Origin: Paraspadella gotoi
Taxonomy: Eukaryota > Animalia > Chaetognatha
Direction: 5' to 3'
Assembly (NCBI GenBank): GCA_051294375.1
Contig: JBJCIZ010000042.1
Span: 1-64,000, forward strand
DNA: 64,000 bases
Shown: positions 23,189-35,086 of the stretch, one piece after another
Position numbering within the stretch: position 1 is the first letter of the stretch
How the letters are laid out: every line of letters starts with the position of its first letter
Made by a program: the position numbers and the translations under genes
Notes under the pieces: model-generated
Databases searched by the model: none
What the model saw: only the letters and a program-made list of their open reading frames with translations
Told to the model about the DNA's origin: nothing

Positions 23189-26100
23189 ATGGACTCTCCG
23201 GCTCCAACCATTCCCCCGGCCAAAGCCTCATGGAGAAAAGGAGCTGCGGCGCCATCTGCAAGCGCCGCGACAAACGAAGACAGTAGCAGCCACCATGGGG
23301 ACCTCGAATATCACACCTTCGACCTCACGGGAGCTCTATTAGAGCAATGCCAATTGAGGACGCCACAAGCAGAAGCGACGCGCCAGATCTTGACGCTAAT
23401 AAACAATGCTAATCTGAAGAACGATCAGAATCATGCAAGAATGAACAAGAGGTTTGAAGAAACCGAGAACATGCTCGGTTCCAAAATGGACGACATCCAT
23501 GAGATGATGAAACTCATGATGGCCCGTGACAACAACCGTGACTTCAACACACGGCTGACACAATTGTCACAAACCACGCCGCCCCCATCCAACCTCTACC
23601 TCAGTCCAAGCACCCTCGCCGCCGCCGCCGCCGCCGCCACTGGACAACCTCGCGGGACCTTCACCGACCAAACCCTGGCCAAGGAGTACCGAACATCTCC
23701 TGAGAAAACACCGTCGGAAAGCGGAAGAAGTGATCCACCTTCTTACACGCCCGTTGAACAACCAATCAAGCTTGAAAAGAGGAGAAACGACGAATCTCCA
23801 GAAGACTTCCTTCGTAGCTTCTACGAAGCGTTTAAAGATTCCCCAGCGCCGGATAAAGTCGATCAGCAGCTACGCGCCCTCCTAGCCCGAGACAAAGTCG
23901 CAAACAGGTTTTTGGAACCAATAAACCAATCCATGTGGCTAGGATTACGCGCCCTATGTGAGGGCTCTTCAGTGAGCATCGCGGAAGCTCTCGCCGAAGC
24001 AAAGATCGAGGTCGACCCTCAGGTCCACGCTAAATATGGCCTCGCCCTGGTAAACGCCGCAAAGGAAAACTTTGAGGCAGTAAGAGAAAAGGACAGGGCC
24101 TCCATACCAGATTATGTGGCTCAAATGCTGGTAGAGGCCCTTGAGCCTTATGTGCCTGGTATAACATCAGAGACCCTCAAATGGACCCAAATGCTGGAAA
24201 GAGGAGAAACCAGAAGCCTCGGAAAAGCAATTGAATACAAATTGCGCGGCTACCTGAAGAGAACTGCCGATAATTCCATCAGAAAAGTCGTCAAAACCGT
24301 GTCTGACGACGATAAGGAAAAGCTCATTAATGCTCTCGTTCAGAAAGGACAAACAGACAAGGACCCCGGCAGCAGCGCTACGGCCTTCTACCAAGGAACG
24401 GTCCTACAGGAAATGAACAACATGAACGAGAAGATCAAGGAGCTGAAAAGAGACTTGGACAACGCACGGCGCCCATATAAACCGGAGCGCCGCTATGAAC
24501 AACAACGCCGCAGCCCAAATCGTAATTTTGAAAAGAAATATGAGAAAAACCGTGACTGGAAAAGCAAGAGGAAGCCAAGCTGGCGCGACGAAAAGAAAGA
24601 ATGGAAACCCTCACACTTTGGAAGAAGGCGTGACATTGTAAACGTAACCAATGAACTTGATATCGACTCTGCTGATGACTATGATGCAAAAAAATATGAA
24701 TTTCATTATCCCCGCGTAATGCATAAAAATAAAGAAAGCGAGACAGCGGAACAAAAACAAAAAGACACTTCAGCTAAAAAGAACTTAAAAAGTGCAAAAA
24801 ACAAATTAGACCAACAACTCAAGGAAACTTACCAAAACCTTGGGAAGAAAATAAATAACAAAAACACGAAAGAGGTGAAACAAGAAAACAGGGACAAAAT
24901 CAAGGATATAGCTTACATAGCCAATAAGCTAAGAGGCAAATCCACCGCATCCCGAATGTATAAGCTTTTAAAACCCCTCGACGCGGAAGAAAGAGCCCTC
25001 GCCAACAAACATCTCCACAAAATGGGATGGACAGACTGGACGAAAACTGACCAGGCTGGAAAAAGAGCCATCATCACAAGATCAAAGGCTTGTGAAAAAC
25101 TGGTTAGAAAAGCTACCCGATTGGAGCTTATCGAAAGCAGCAACAACCCAGGCCAGGAAATCCAACCCCAGCAACAAGAGGAAGAACCAACAAAAGCTCA
25201 AATCAGGCAGAGGGCCAGGGCAAATCCAACCAAACGAGAAGGGAAACCATCCCTCAGGAAGCTTCGGCCAGCGGGATATAAAAATAACCCGACTTACGAA
25301 ATCGTCTCCGGAGAACAAACAGGCGAATCACTCCACCAGGCGACCATCAGGCGGGTAGAACTAGAATGTCATCAGCCAGAGCACTTCCTACACCCACAAC
25401 CGACGCCTGACACAACCAAAGATGAGAGGGACCTACCAAACCTACCTGAAAGTATGACAAACGACATCAAAGGAGACCAAGGACCCGAACCCAGAGATGA
25501 CACTACCAAAACGTGTCACACGGGAAAGAACAGCTACATACCAGCTGTCATCGCGGGAGCACCGGCTAGCTGCCTGTACGACACAGGAGCATCCGTCAAC
25601 ACAGTCCCACGAAAATTCATTGAAAGGTGGGCTTTATCCAAACAAGTCTACCATGGAACTCCACTAAGATTGTCAACGGCCACAGGAACTATAACCCTCA
25701 CCGAAAGAATAAATCTCAGGATCATGTTCCAGAAGTGGGTCTTAAGGACGGTCTTCTATGTCTCCGCAGACGAGAATGACCAAGAAGACATCATTGGAAC
25801 AGCAATCACGAACCCTGGACCCCCTGACCAATTATGGGTAGTTCAACCATCCGTTAAGAGACAAGACTTACAAATCGCGTCTATGGGAAGCAAACCCATA
25901 ACCCATCTTTTTCGTGATAAATACGAAGCCTTGAAAGCTGCCAGATGGTTGGCCCGGGAAAATGTGGATGAGCACACAAAGGTCCCGGTTCATGCTGAAC
26001 ACGACGCGGAAGGAAGGACCAAGCTAACGTCCACCAGACCCTACTGGAAGACCCTCGCAGGAACGCGATGGATAATCGAATCCTCAGACGGAGAGAAAAT

Positions 26101-26866
26101 ACACGTTACTGATGGAGACCAGCTAAGGGAAGGTGTTGAATTTGATACAAACCCGGGACCCTGGGGAACAGCAAGGCCTCTAATTACAAATGAGGCAAGA
26201 AGCGAATTAGGCCTGGAAACCGGCTCCACAGCGGAACCCGTACAGGCGGACCTCACTGGAGAAAAACCAGTTCTTAGAAAAGTGAGAAAAGACAACATCC
26301 CGGCCACCACAATCGTGCACCACAAACCTACAGAAGCAGAAAAAAGGGCAGTTGAGGAGGCCCGACAAAAAAGGCAACAAAAACACGACGCCCGCGGAAA
26401 AGAAGCCTTCTTAAAACCGTTCAAGGACGTTGACCCATCGCTCCAAGATAAAGCACACTTAGTGTGGGAAATCGTATGGGAATATCGCGACGTTTTTGGA
26501 GAATCGATAAATGACTGTAAGGAGGGTTTCCTCAATTATAAAGTAGACCTTGGATACTCTACCGACGATTTGCCCAAACCAAGATTTGCAAACCAGGGCC
26601 CAGTAAAGAAGGCTGCACTAAAAAGATACCTCGAAGTATACGAAAAGGCGGGCATCGTATCTAGCACAAGGAACGAAGCTTACTCCAATGCTTTCCTGAT
26701 AAAAAAACCCGGCCACATAGCTGAAGGGCAGGACGAAATGAATGATGAAACTTTCGCAAAGCAATGGCGACTCATTTGCGACCTCTCCGCCGTCAATAAC
26801 AACATCGACATATGCAACAGAACCGCAAACAATCGCCTCAATCCTGGAGCAATACAAACCTCATGA
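23189..26866 (+). CDS. gag: Gag-protease-RT N-terminus polyprotein
   Basis: Long ORF, first ATG after the PBS at 23189; aspartic protease CLYDTGAS; RT start YSNAFLIKK...WRLICDLSAVN; frame lost near 26810. Confidence 0.9.
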   Translation: MDSPAPTIPPAKASWRKGAAAPSASAATNEDSSSHHGDLEYHTFDLTGALLEQCQLRTPQAEATRQILTLINNANLKNDQNHARMNKRFEETENMLGSKMDDIHEMMKLMMARDNNRDFNTRLTQLSQTTPPPSNLYLSPSTLAAAAAAATGQPRGTFTDQTLAKEYRTSPEKTPSESGRSDPPSYTPVEQPIKLEKRRNDESPEDFLRSFYEAFKDSPAPDKVDQQLRALLARDKVANRFLEPINQSMWLGLRALCEGSSVSIAEALAEAKIEVDPQVHAKYGLALVNAAKENFEAVREKDRASIPDYVAQMLVEALEPYVPGITSETLKWTQMLERGETRSLGKAIEYKLRGYLKRTADNSIRKVVKTVSDDDKEKLINALVQKGQTDKDPGSSATAFYQGTVLQEMNNMNEKIKELKRDLDNARRPYKPERRYEQQRRSPNRNFEKKYEKNRDWKSKRKPSWRDEKKEWKPSHFGRRRDIVNVTNELDIDSADDYDAKKYEFHYPRVMHKNKESETAEQKQKDTSAKKNLKSAKNKLDQQLKETYQNLGKKINNKNTKEVKQENRDKIKDIAYIANKLRGKSTASRMYKLLKPLDAEERALANKHLHKMGWTDWTKTDQAGKRAIITRSKACEKLVRKATRLELIESSNNPGQEIQPQQQEEEPTKAQIRQRARANPTKREGKPSLRKLRPAGYKNNPTYEIVSGEQTGESLHQATIRRVELECHQPEHFLHPQPTPDTTKDERDLPNLPESMTNDIKGDQGPEPRDDTTKTCHTGKNSYIPAVIAGAPASCLYDTGASVNTVPRKFIERWALSKQVYHGTPLRLSTATGTITLTERINLRIMFQKWVLRTVFYVSADENDQEDIIGTAITNPGPPDQLWVVQPSVKRQDLQIASMGSKPITHLFRDKYEALKAARWLARENVDEHTKVPVHAEHDAEGRTKLTSTRPYWKTLAGTRWIIESSDGEKIHVTDGDQLREGVEFDTNPGPWGTARPLITNEARSELGLETGSTAEPVQADLTGEKPVLRKVRKDNIPATTIVHHKPTEAEKRAVEEARQKRQQKHDARGKEAFLKPFKDVDPSLQDKAHLVWEIVWEYRDVFGESINDCKEGFLNYKVDLGYSTDDLPKPRFANQGPVKKAALKRYLEVYEKAGIVSSTRNEAYSNAFLIKKPGHIAEGQDEMNDETFAKQWRLICDLSAVNNNIDICNRTANNRLNPGAIQTS

Positions 26867-28736
26867 GTTACAATGCTCCGTCGACATCCTCGCCTGCTTC
26901 CACCAGGTCAACCTGACTGAGCGCTGCAAACCTGTCACGACGTTTGCGGGCGCAGGTCACAACTGGTGGATGAATAAACTGCCGATGGGAGGAGTAAATA
27001 GCGTAAATGTGCTCCAAGCAATACTGGATGAAATCTTCCACGATCTGGGAACGGACATTAAAAGCTTCCTGGTCTACGTCGACGATCTCATCCTCACAGC
27101 AAAATCACCAGAGGACATGGCTCAAAGGCTCCACGACCTGCTACAGAGATGCCGAGACGAAAACGTCGTGCTCAAATGGACCAAAAGCGTCCTCCTCAGG
27201 AAGGAAGATATAAAAATCTTGGGATTCAGCATCTCCAAGAGCAGACTCCTTCCGCAGAAAGAAAAGCTTCAAGCGGTTGAGCTCAAACTCAAGAAACTGA
27301 AAACACAAAAGGAGTTAAGAGCCATGCTAGCCTCACTGAATTATTATCGTTGCTTCACTCATCGATTCTCGTACATCGCCCAACCCCTCCACGCCCTGAC
27401 CCTGCTTGACAAGAAGGAGTTTAAACTCTCTGAAAAACATATCGAGATGCTCCAAACCCTCGTCGATGAAATCAAAGCGTGCCCAGGACTTAACTTCCTG
27501 AACGATGCAAGGATCAGAAACGGATCTTATAGGATATACGCGGACGCCAGTACAAGCGCAATGGGAGGCCTGATCACGGCCACAGCCGATGGTGTCGAGT
27601 ACCCGCTATCGTTTCACTCTAAATCGTTTCCTGAAGAATACAGAATCAAACATATCAACATCCTGGAAACACTGGCTTTTAATATGATGGTCCAAAAATT
27701 CAAGGGCTACACGTGCGGCAGAAGGGTGACATTAGTCACAGACTCCCAATATTTCAAAAGGGTAATGGATCTCCAGCACGACAGGCAGCAAATGCTGCCC
27801 ACCAATGTATTAAGGTGGATCACCGAGATCCGACAGGAATGCCAACCAAGAGAAGTCATCTTAGTAAAGAGTGAGGATAACCCTGCTGACTTCTTAACAC
27901 GCTTCACGGAACAGGGACAAGTCACTCCCCTAGACACCCCTTTCTTCCCAGCTGGTTTTGACGTTGATGGCAAATACGAACCAGGCTTTGCCGAAAACCC
28001 AATTCAAGATCATGAAACGCCAGACCACCTGGACCTAGTGACTGGACACGCCCCTACCCTCGCACTCATAGCACAAACACTGGGAGAGGAAGTTAAATCC
28101 TTCAGAACAAAATTTTTTGAATTTGTAAGACAAAAATTCACATCAACCAAGAACAATATCGAAAAATTATATGGAAGGCCAAAAACAAAAGACGATGATA
28201 CCTTCATCAGAACAATCTCCACAAAAGATTGGAGCTTAGGGCACCCTGAATTAGAAATGTTGAGCGAAATGACGGGTATCACGATCATAATGATGGAGGA
28301 AGACTCGGCACGTGAAGCAGGCTGCAAATTCGAAAGAATATATGGCCTGACCGACCACTGCAGGAAATTAAAAATCTTTCGCACAATCACTGGCCAGGTG
28401 AGCCTCGTCAGCGACCTAAAGCCTGAACTCCCTCTTCGCCCATCAACCCAAGGCCCAATCCAAACCATCAGCTTAGCAAACCTCAAACAGCCAGAGCGCA
28501 GAGGAAGGCCCCGGAAACAAAACATCACCAGTCTCCACTGGGAGGCCCTGCCAAAAGACCTGATCCACATACAGGCCCCTGACGTGCCACATAAGCCACC
28601 ACCTGAAAATAACCTAACCGACCCAACTCCAGTGGAAGCCATCCAATCAAATTGGCCCGGAGCGGACAAAGAAGTAATGATTGACAGCACCCTCGAAGCA
28701 GATGTCGACGCCACAGAATCGGAAGTGGCAGAATAA
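26812..28736 (+). CDS. pol: RT core, RNase H and extra domain (continuation of pol after a frame change)
   Basis: SVDILACFHQV, KLPMGG, LVYVDDLIL, ILGF; RNase H YADAS, NILETLA, VTDSQ, NPADFLTR. Confidence 0.9.
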
Positions 28737-30062
28737 ATGGCTCACCCCCTCACAAGGGAAACCAAACTAATGCCCTTAGCAACGCGCGTGAAGGAATGGC
28801 AACAAGGAGATGAGCTGTTCAAGTCTGTCATAAATGCTCTTCAGCAAAACGACCGAGAAAATGCAGAAAGAATATTGAACGAGAAGATGCAAAAAAGGCA
28901 AACATTAACCGAGAGATACCTTGCTAATATCCTCGCCGACCTGGAAGTGGCTGAAAACGGGATCCTCGTACTAAAAGGATACAAAGCTGAAAACCCGACG
29001 ACAAAATTCGTTGTCCCACCCGGAAAAATAGAGGAGATAGTAAAACAAATTCATCAGCATTACGGGCACCCGGGACGTGATCGAACGGCATTCATAACAG
29101 CTCAGTATGTCACATCACCCGGATTATCAGCCGCTGCAGCAAGATGTGTAAGGAATTGCAATAACTGTGCTAAAGCCACAGATGGACAAAAGAACAATGA
29201 AACGCCTTCTGCCCCCAACCTCGCCATCACCCCCTGGGAATCATTAAGCATCGACGTAATGCACCTCCCTCCAGTCGCTGGCTTCAATTACATCCTCGTC
29301 GCCTCTGATAATGCATCCGCATACACATGGGCAATCCCATTACGACGAGCCGATGCAGAAACAATAGTAAAGGCCTTAGACGAAAGAATTTTTCTCCAAC
29401 ACGGTTCCTACATGGAACTAAACTTCGATGGCGCAACTCAACTCAACGGCAAGGTCATGAATTCTATACTGAACTTACTGGACACCGTTGGGAGGAAAAT
29501 ACTAGTCGGCAGAAAAGACAGTAATAGGGCTGAAAGAGATATCGGTAGGATACGCCAGGCTCTTCGCAAAGCAGTAGAGGATCAACCAAGGAAATGGTTG
29601 GAACAACTCCCTCATTTAATGTTACTATTAAATGCGACACCAATCATCGGATGGAAGACAGACATGTCGCCTCACGAGATACAATTTGGCCACAGACCGA
29701 GAATTGTTGAGGCCGCCGATGATTTTACAAAAAGAAATCTAGTCGACTTCATCCGGAAAAGGGCAGACAGACAAGAACAAGCCCGAACGAGATTAGCGGA
29801 CCAGAGAACAAAGCTATATAAACAATCATCGAGAAGAAACCCGTACAAAAGAACAGCAAACATCAAGGTCGGAGACCTGGTCCTCACTCGACGCGACCTC
29901 ATTATGACTGGAACCTCAACAACAGAAAATAAAGTCAAACGGATTTACTCTGGTCCACACAAGGTGATACAACGAGATGGAAACCACTACGTCGTATCAA
30001 TCGCCGGTCAGAATTTGAAATATCACAGGAGACGGCTAAAGCTACACTCCACTGCTGAATGA
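28737..30062 (+). CDS. pol: Integrase (HHCC, DDE, GPY/F), in frame after a TAA
   Basis: HQHYGHPG...CNNC; SIDV, NFDGA, RAERD; IYSGPHKVI...YHRRRLK. Confidence 0.92.
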   Translation: MAHPLTRETKLMPLATRVKEWQQGDELFKSVINALQQNDRENAERILNEKMQKRQTLTERYLANILADLEVAENGILVLKGYKAENPTTKFVVPPGKIEEIVKQIHQHYGHPGRDRTAFITAQYVTSPGLSAAAARCVRNCNNCAKATDGQKNNETPSAPNLAITPWESLSIDVMHLPPVAGFNYILVASDNASAYTWAIPLRRADAETIVKALDERIFLQHGSYMELNFDGATQLNGKVMNSILNLLDTVGRKILVGRKDSNRAERDIGRIRQALRKAVEDQPRKWLEQLPHLMLLLNATPIIGWKTDMSPHEIQFGHRPRIVEAADDFTKRNLVDFIRKRADRQEQARTRLADQRTKLYKQSSRRNPYKRTANIKVGDLVLTRRDLIMTGTSTTENKVKRIYSGPHKVIQRDGNHYVVSIAGQNLKYHRRRLKLHSTAE

Positions 30063-30304
30063 ATCCAATCAGATCAAAGAATAAGCAGACATAGAAAAGA
30101 AAAAAAAAGAAACGACGCTCAACGAGGCGACAACAACAACAAGGACTCTGCTTGGAACTCACCCAAAAAGTTTTTTTTAAAACTACTCGAAAAAGATCGC
30201 ACTCTTTCAAAAACTCAGCCAAAACAGTTTTTTTCAAAACTAGGAAAAAGAATCTACATCCCTTACCAAGCTCCGACTACCGACTGACCGCGTACGTCGT
30301 CGTC

Positions 30305-30320
30305 AGAGGAGGGGGGGACG
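30305..30320 (+). promoter_or_regulatory. Polypurine tract
   Basis: AGAGGAGGGGGGGACG immediately before the 3' LTR. Confidence 0.85.
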
Positions 30321-30713
30321 CATTATAGGAATATCTAACAATTCCAAAAGATGGAATAAAATGGAATCGCATGGAACCATTTGTTCACAGAGGAATGAAA
30401 CCCGGAAACAGAGGAAAGGATTAAGGAAGAGGATTCCGGAAGAGGAAGAAGATTCTGGAATAACTTTGAATGGGATTTTGGAAGCCAAATCCAGAAAAGG
30501 AACAATAGTTTCTGGAAGAGGAAAAGAAGGTTCCAGAAGAGGAAGAGGAGGATTCCGGAAGAGGAATCTGGCTTCGTCTACTTGCCCATTATAAATAGCC
30601 TCTGTTTCTGCTTTGATTCACTGTCTGAAAATTGACACTGTCTTCTGTCTATTTTCCTGAGAATAAATTCCACTTTGGTTTCATGCTGAAATCCCTGTCT
30701 ATTTACTTAAATG
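30321..30713 (+). repeat. 3' LTR (CATT...AATG)
   Basis: Direct repeat of 22711-23102. Confidence 0.95.
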
Positions 30714-31326
30714 ATAATATGAGTAGACCTCTTTATCAAAAAGAGGTGAAAACAGTTAGAGACAACCTCTCTTGGAAGTAATTGTATGCAATAAATAACT
30801 TTATGCTGTTGAAAAAAATATTTTTATTCAGTCCTAGGGAGGTCATATTAAATGGTGACAATTTTACAAGCGCCGGTAGAAATACGCTGTCATTTGCAAA
30901 CCAGTGGTTTTTTTATTGATTTTAAAAATTAGTTGAGTAGAAAATACTAAAACCATTTATGTGTTAAAATTTTATATTGATCAGTTAAGATATGCCTTGA
31001 CAATGAGTGGAGAAAGTTGGCTTTTCATATCGGGTTTCATTTTCCAACTCGCTGTTTTTAAATACATTTTTTTTCCGAAATTTTAGCACTTTTTTAAACA
31101 AAGTATTTATTAAAATATTAACAATATTAACATCCTCAGAAAGCCCTTAAAAATATGAAGAGAATGATATACTTACGAAAACTCTAACATAAAAAGTAAG
31201 CTGCCCAGCCTTAGTTCAATGAAGTGTGTCAAAAGTGAATTATTTAAAATTTTAAATCTTTTTTCAAAATATATAACCTGTTTAAATTATTATAACGTAA
31301 AATAGTATTATTTATATAAGTATCAT

Positions 31327-31480
31327 GAAAGAACAACGAGAACGTCCGAGAAAAAGATAAAGCCTCCATCCTCGATTATGCCGCACAACTCCTCGTAAAG
31401 GCCTTGGAACCCTACATGCACGGCATAACCTGCTGGAACGCCAACAATTTCTCAAGCTAGGCAGAGAAATCGAATACAGG
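31327..31480 (+). pseudogene. gag: Isolated gag fragment from a relative of the 22.7-kb element
   Basis: Encodes ENVREKDKASILDYAAQLLVKALEPYMHGIT vs EAVREKDRASIPDYVAQMLVEALEPYVPGIT at ~24074. Confidence 0.75.
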
Positions 31481-32371
31481 GCACATTTTTAGACACATTT
31501 TAGATACATTTTTTCCGCAACAAATGGTCATAGAAACTTCGGAAAACCACCATTCGATTCGAAATAAAATTCTCTTTCGAATGATGTGCTTTATAAATAA
31601 CTTATTTAAAGATTTCGCTTGACCCAGCGGCGTCAAAGTTCCACATGCGTCAGATTCATTGATTTACGTATATTTTAAAAAGTTAAAGGGATCTTATCTT
31701 ATCTTATCTTATCTTATCTTATCTCATTATTAGATCAACCAAAAATCAATAACCACACTAGATCTCTCTCAACGACTTCTTCTATTTGGTTTTTTCTTTG
31801 TCTTCTCTATACTTTGGAACCATAAAAACAAAAAAAAGTTGACCGGAATAAAACTCACAAGAGCGATCAAATGATAGAGTACTATTGCCTTTTTGGCGGT
31901 GTTTGAACCTAAGAATTTATAGGAACTTTTAAGATAAAATCGATTTTAATTAATATTTTTCATAATTTTAGTACAAATTTTTAAATAGTATCATAATTAT
32001 AATTATTAATAATATTTGTTTTATCATTATTATTAATATTATTAATAATAACTTTATTATTATACTGATTAAATTTAATTAAACTTACTTATTTACCTAT
32101 TTATTAGTAATTTTTTTTGTTATTTGGCTTAACCATAACCCTATCTCATATTAAACATGGCAAGTAAGTTTACTTTTCTTAACTTTGAAGTTTTATTTAA
32201 TAATACTTAGTAATAAAGGTTAATAAGTAATAAATATAAAACATAACAAAGACATTTTTGTTTCTTATTTATAGAATAATTTTTTTTATAAAAATTCTTT
32301 TTTAAATAAATTCTTGGAACAAATAAATCTAAATTCAGGTAAAATACTATTTATTACCTTGCATTAAATAT

Positions 32372-32983
32372 TAAGGCGTAGTGAAAGTTACATACAAAAA
32401 TTATAAATGTCAATTATGAACAACATACTATCAGTAAATATTAATTTGTAAAAAAAATTTATTTTATGTTCTTCAATTTTCGCAGTAGGCTATATTTATA
32501 TATAGTACTATCCTTATAAAATTGAAAAATTTCAACATAGGCTTTTCTTAATTTTGATTGCAGATTTGAATTCCTCGTCAAAAGTTGATAAAAGAAAATA
32601 TAAGTCATTTTTGAAAATTCTTTCATTAAGTGGGTTAAAAATTTAAAAAACTATATTTGATATATAAAAAGTTAATTTTCAGCTTAAAATATAGCTTTTT
32701 CTAATTTTTGACCCACTTAATGAAGGAATTTTTTAAAAAGAGTTATATTTCTTTTTATCAACTTTTTATGACGAATCCAAATCTGCAAAAAAATCTTAGA
32801 AAAAAATGTTTTGAAATTTTAACATTTATTGGATTAGTATTAGTATAAATATGGCCTACTGCGTAAATTGTAAAATTTATTATAATTTTTTTTATTACAT
32901 AAATGTTTATTAGTATAATGTTGTTCGTTCCTCACTTTTAGAATTTTAATTAAAGTAAAATTTAGAAATTTTACTACGCCTTA
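32372..32983. mobile_element. MITE with 8-bp TSD
   Basis: TIR TAAGGCGTAGT / ACTACGCCTTA; TSD TTAAATAT on both sides; internally palindromic. Confidence 0.85.
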
Positions 32984-34572
32984 TTAAATATGTATCTGAA
33001 TTGATTTAATATGTCCTGGTCTTTTGCTGTTTTTATCGCTTTTTTAGCTATTTTAGTGAGAATCTTTATTGTGCAAATCATTCAAATTATATTATTACTT
33101 AAGAAAAGGTTTTGCAGAATCTAAGGATAATATATTGTAAAAACTTATTTTAAATACTATTTTCACTTCACCAATAATTTATTTATCCAAAACATTTATT
33201 CATGATTTGATACTTATTTAATATTTACGTCATTTTAAAATCTTTGCTTTAAATTAAAAACAGCTATATAAAAATAGAATATGAGAAAGAGTTTAAAATA
33301 ATTCTATAACAATTTATTTTTAACAGTGGACATTAAGCTGGATCGACTAGCGAATTAAGCTCTACCTCTCGAATTTTCCTATACTTTATTAAGCGTAGAT
33401 TCTGAAAATTATCAAAAAAATTTCATGAAATTAAAAATCAAGCGCCTTTTTTCATAATATACATTCTTTGTATAAGCGCGAACTCGGAGTTGAGAATCCG
33501 GTGCTCCGATCGGATGATTCTGGCGGAATGAATTCTCCTTCCTCCACGAGATCCGATCGACCAATCAGAGCGCAGTATCTCGCGTCATGAATTTTCTCTT
33601 TAATTGACCGGCGATCAAGCGAAAGTCTTTGGTTGAAGGCTTTGTAATTTTTAATTTAGATATTAATTATTTGATATTTTTTAACACAATAAAAAAAATT
33701 AAACATAAAAATATTATTAATCTCATAAAAATATTTTAATTATTACTTTCTCTCTACAAATACAATCTCTTGTTTTTTCAAAATTTTACCTCGTTTTTAT
33801 TGCTACAGATAACTAACTATTTTCAAGAAGATAAACATTGCATATTGAAGGATCTATTAATTATTTTTTTAATTTCTCATAAGAATTTAAACCATTTTGT
33901 TAAGGACGTTCTAATGGTAAAAAAAAATCACCTAAACTATAGAAACACTTGAACCTTCGGCCATTCATTCTTTCTCTATCTCTCTTTATTTCTCTCTCTC
34001 TATCGCTTTCTCACTGTCTACATCAATATTAAATCAATTTAATCAATATCAAGGTCACGAGGTCAGTTCCTTCGATTTTGGCTTTTCATCAATTACCATT
34101 GCTCATTATTTGAAATATAATATTAAATTCTTCCCCCTTGAATAAGTCATATCTTTCTAAAAACAAATCAAATAAGTTTTGATTTGCCTAGATCATGACA
34201 TTCCCAGCAGCCCCCGATGGCATGCAGGTAAGTTGGCGAAGCAGCAATGATGACTTCGTCATGGCAATAGAGGTTATATCCCATGAGGTTATAAAATCAG
34301 TACAGCCAATATAAAATTATCCTATTATTCAATAAATAAGCTATCTTGCCCCTGACTTTGCCATAGTCAGTCCAAAGCCACCATGTCGTCTATATTACTA
34401 GCTCCTGTAATAACTGACAATCTATTTAGCATAATATATTAATAGAGGATTGAGTATTCACTATAGTTATATTAAATAAGGTAAAACAAAAGAAATAAAA
34501 CGGGAGAAAGTTACAAATTGTTACTCGGCCAAAATCACGACTGAAGAATTACAAGCGATCGAAAACCAAAAA

Positions 34573-34637
34573 GCGAATGACTTGCCTCCGGCACCAATGG
34601 CTGCTGATGAACGGTTGGTGGATTTTAGTACACCATA
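34573..34637 (-). repeat. Partial copy of the TRIM LTR (5' end and half of the tRNA-like head)
   Basis: GCGAATGACTTGCCTCCGGCACCAATGGCTGCTGATGAACGGTTGGTGGATTTTAGTACACCATA matches 14525-14589. Confidence 0.85.
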
Positions 34638-35086
34638 TTGTTTACAATTCGGCGAAGGCCAACGTTCGGTTATTTGTAAACTACAAGACCGAGATTTTGT
34701 AATAATACTTTAATATTCTGACAAAATCTTCATGGGTTTGCAATTCACAGCGTTTTTCTACCGGCGCTTGTAAAATTGTCACCATGTACATATTAAAACC
34801 TATTTAACGGCCAAAAAATATATTTGACAATGAAATTAAGTTTAAATGTTAGAGAGAGACGGAAAAATAGCTTGGCGAGGCTTAGTATTTCACACAATCC
34901 TTTGTCGTGTAATTTTCTTAATACTGTGGACGCAACAATACTTCATTATTTCATTATTTTAAACAATCCTTAATTATTTAATTCATTCATTCCTTCATAA
35001 TTATTATTTTATTCATTTCATTCCTTTTTCGCATCTTCTTTCATTCTTCCAATGGTTTATTCCCTCATTCTCTCCGTTCCCTCCAG

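Larger units (their letters stand above)
22711..30713 (+). mobile_element. Full-length, recent Ty3/gypsy LTR retrotransposon (8.0 kb), no env
   Basis: LTRs 22711-23102 and 30321-30713 differ at about 3 positions; PBS, PPT, PR-RT-RH-IN order; ATAA (or ATAAT) flanks both ends. Confidence 0.97.
30852..34785. mobile_element. Relic of a TIR DNA element carrying nested inserts
   Basis: ~50-bp inverted repeats ATGGTGACAATTTTACAAGCGCCGGTAGAAA (30852) / TTTCTACCGGCGCTTGTAAAATTGTCACCAT (to 34785). Confidence 0.5.

Noticed and set aside
26041-28714. Antisense ORFs over the gypsy pol
   Set aside because: Shadow frames of the sense ORF with no motifs
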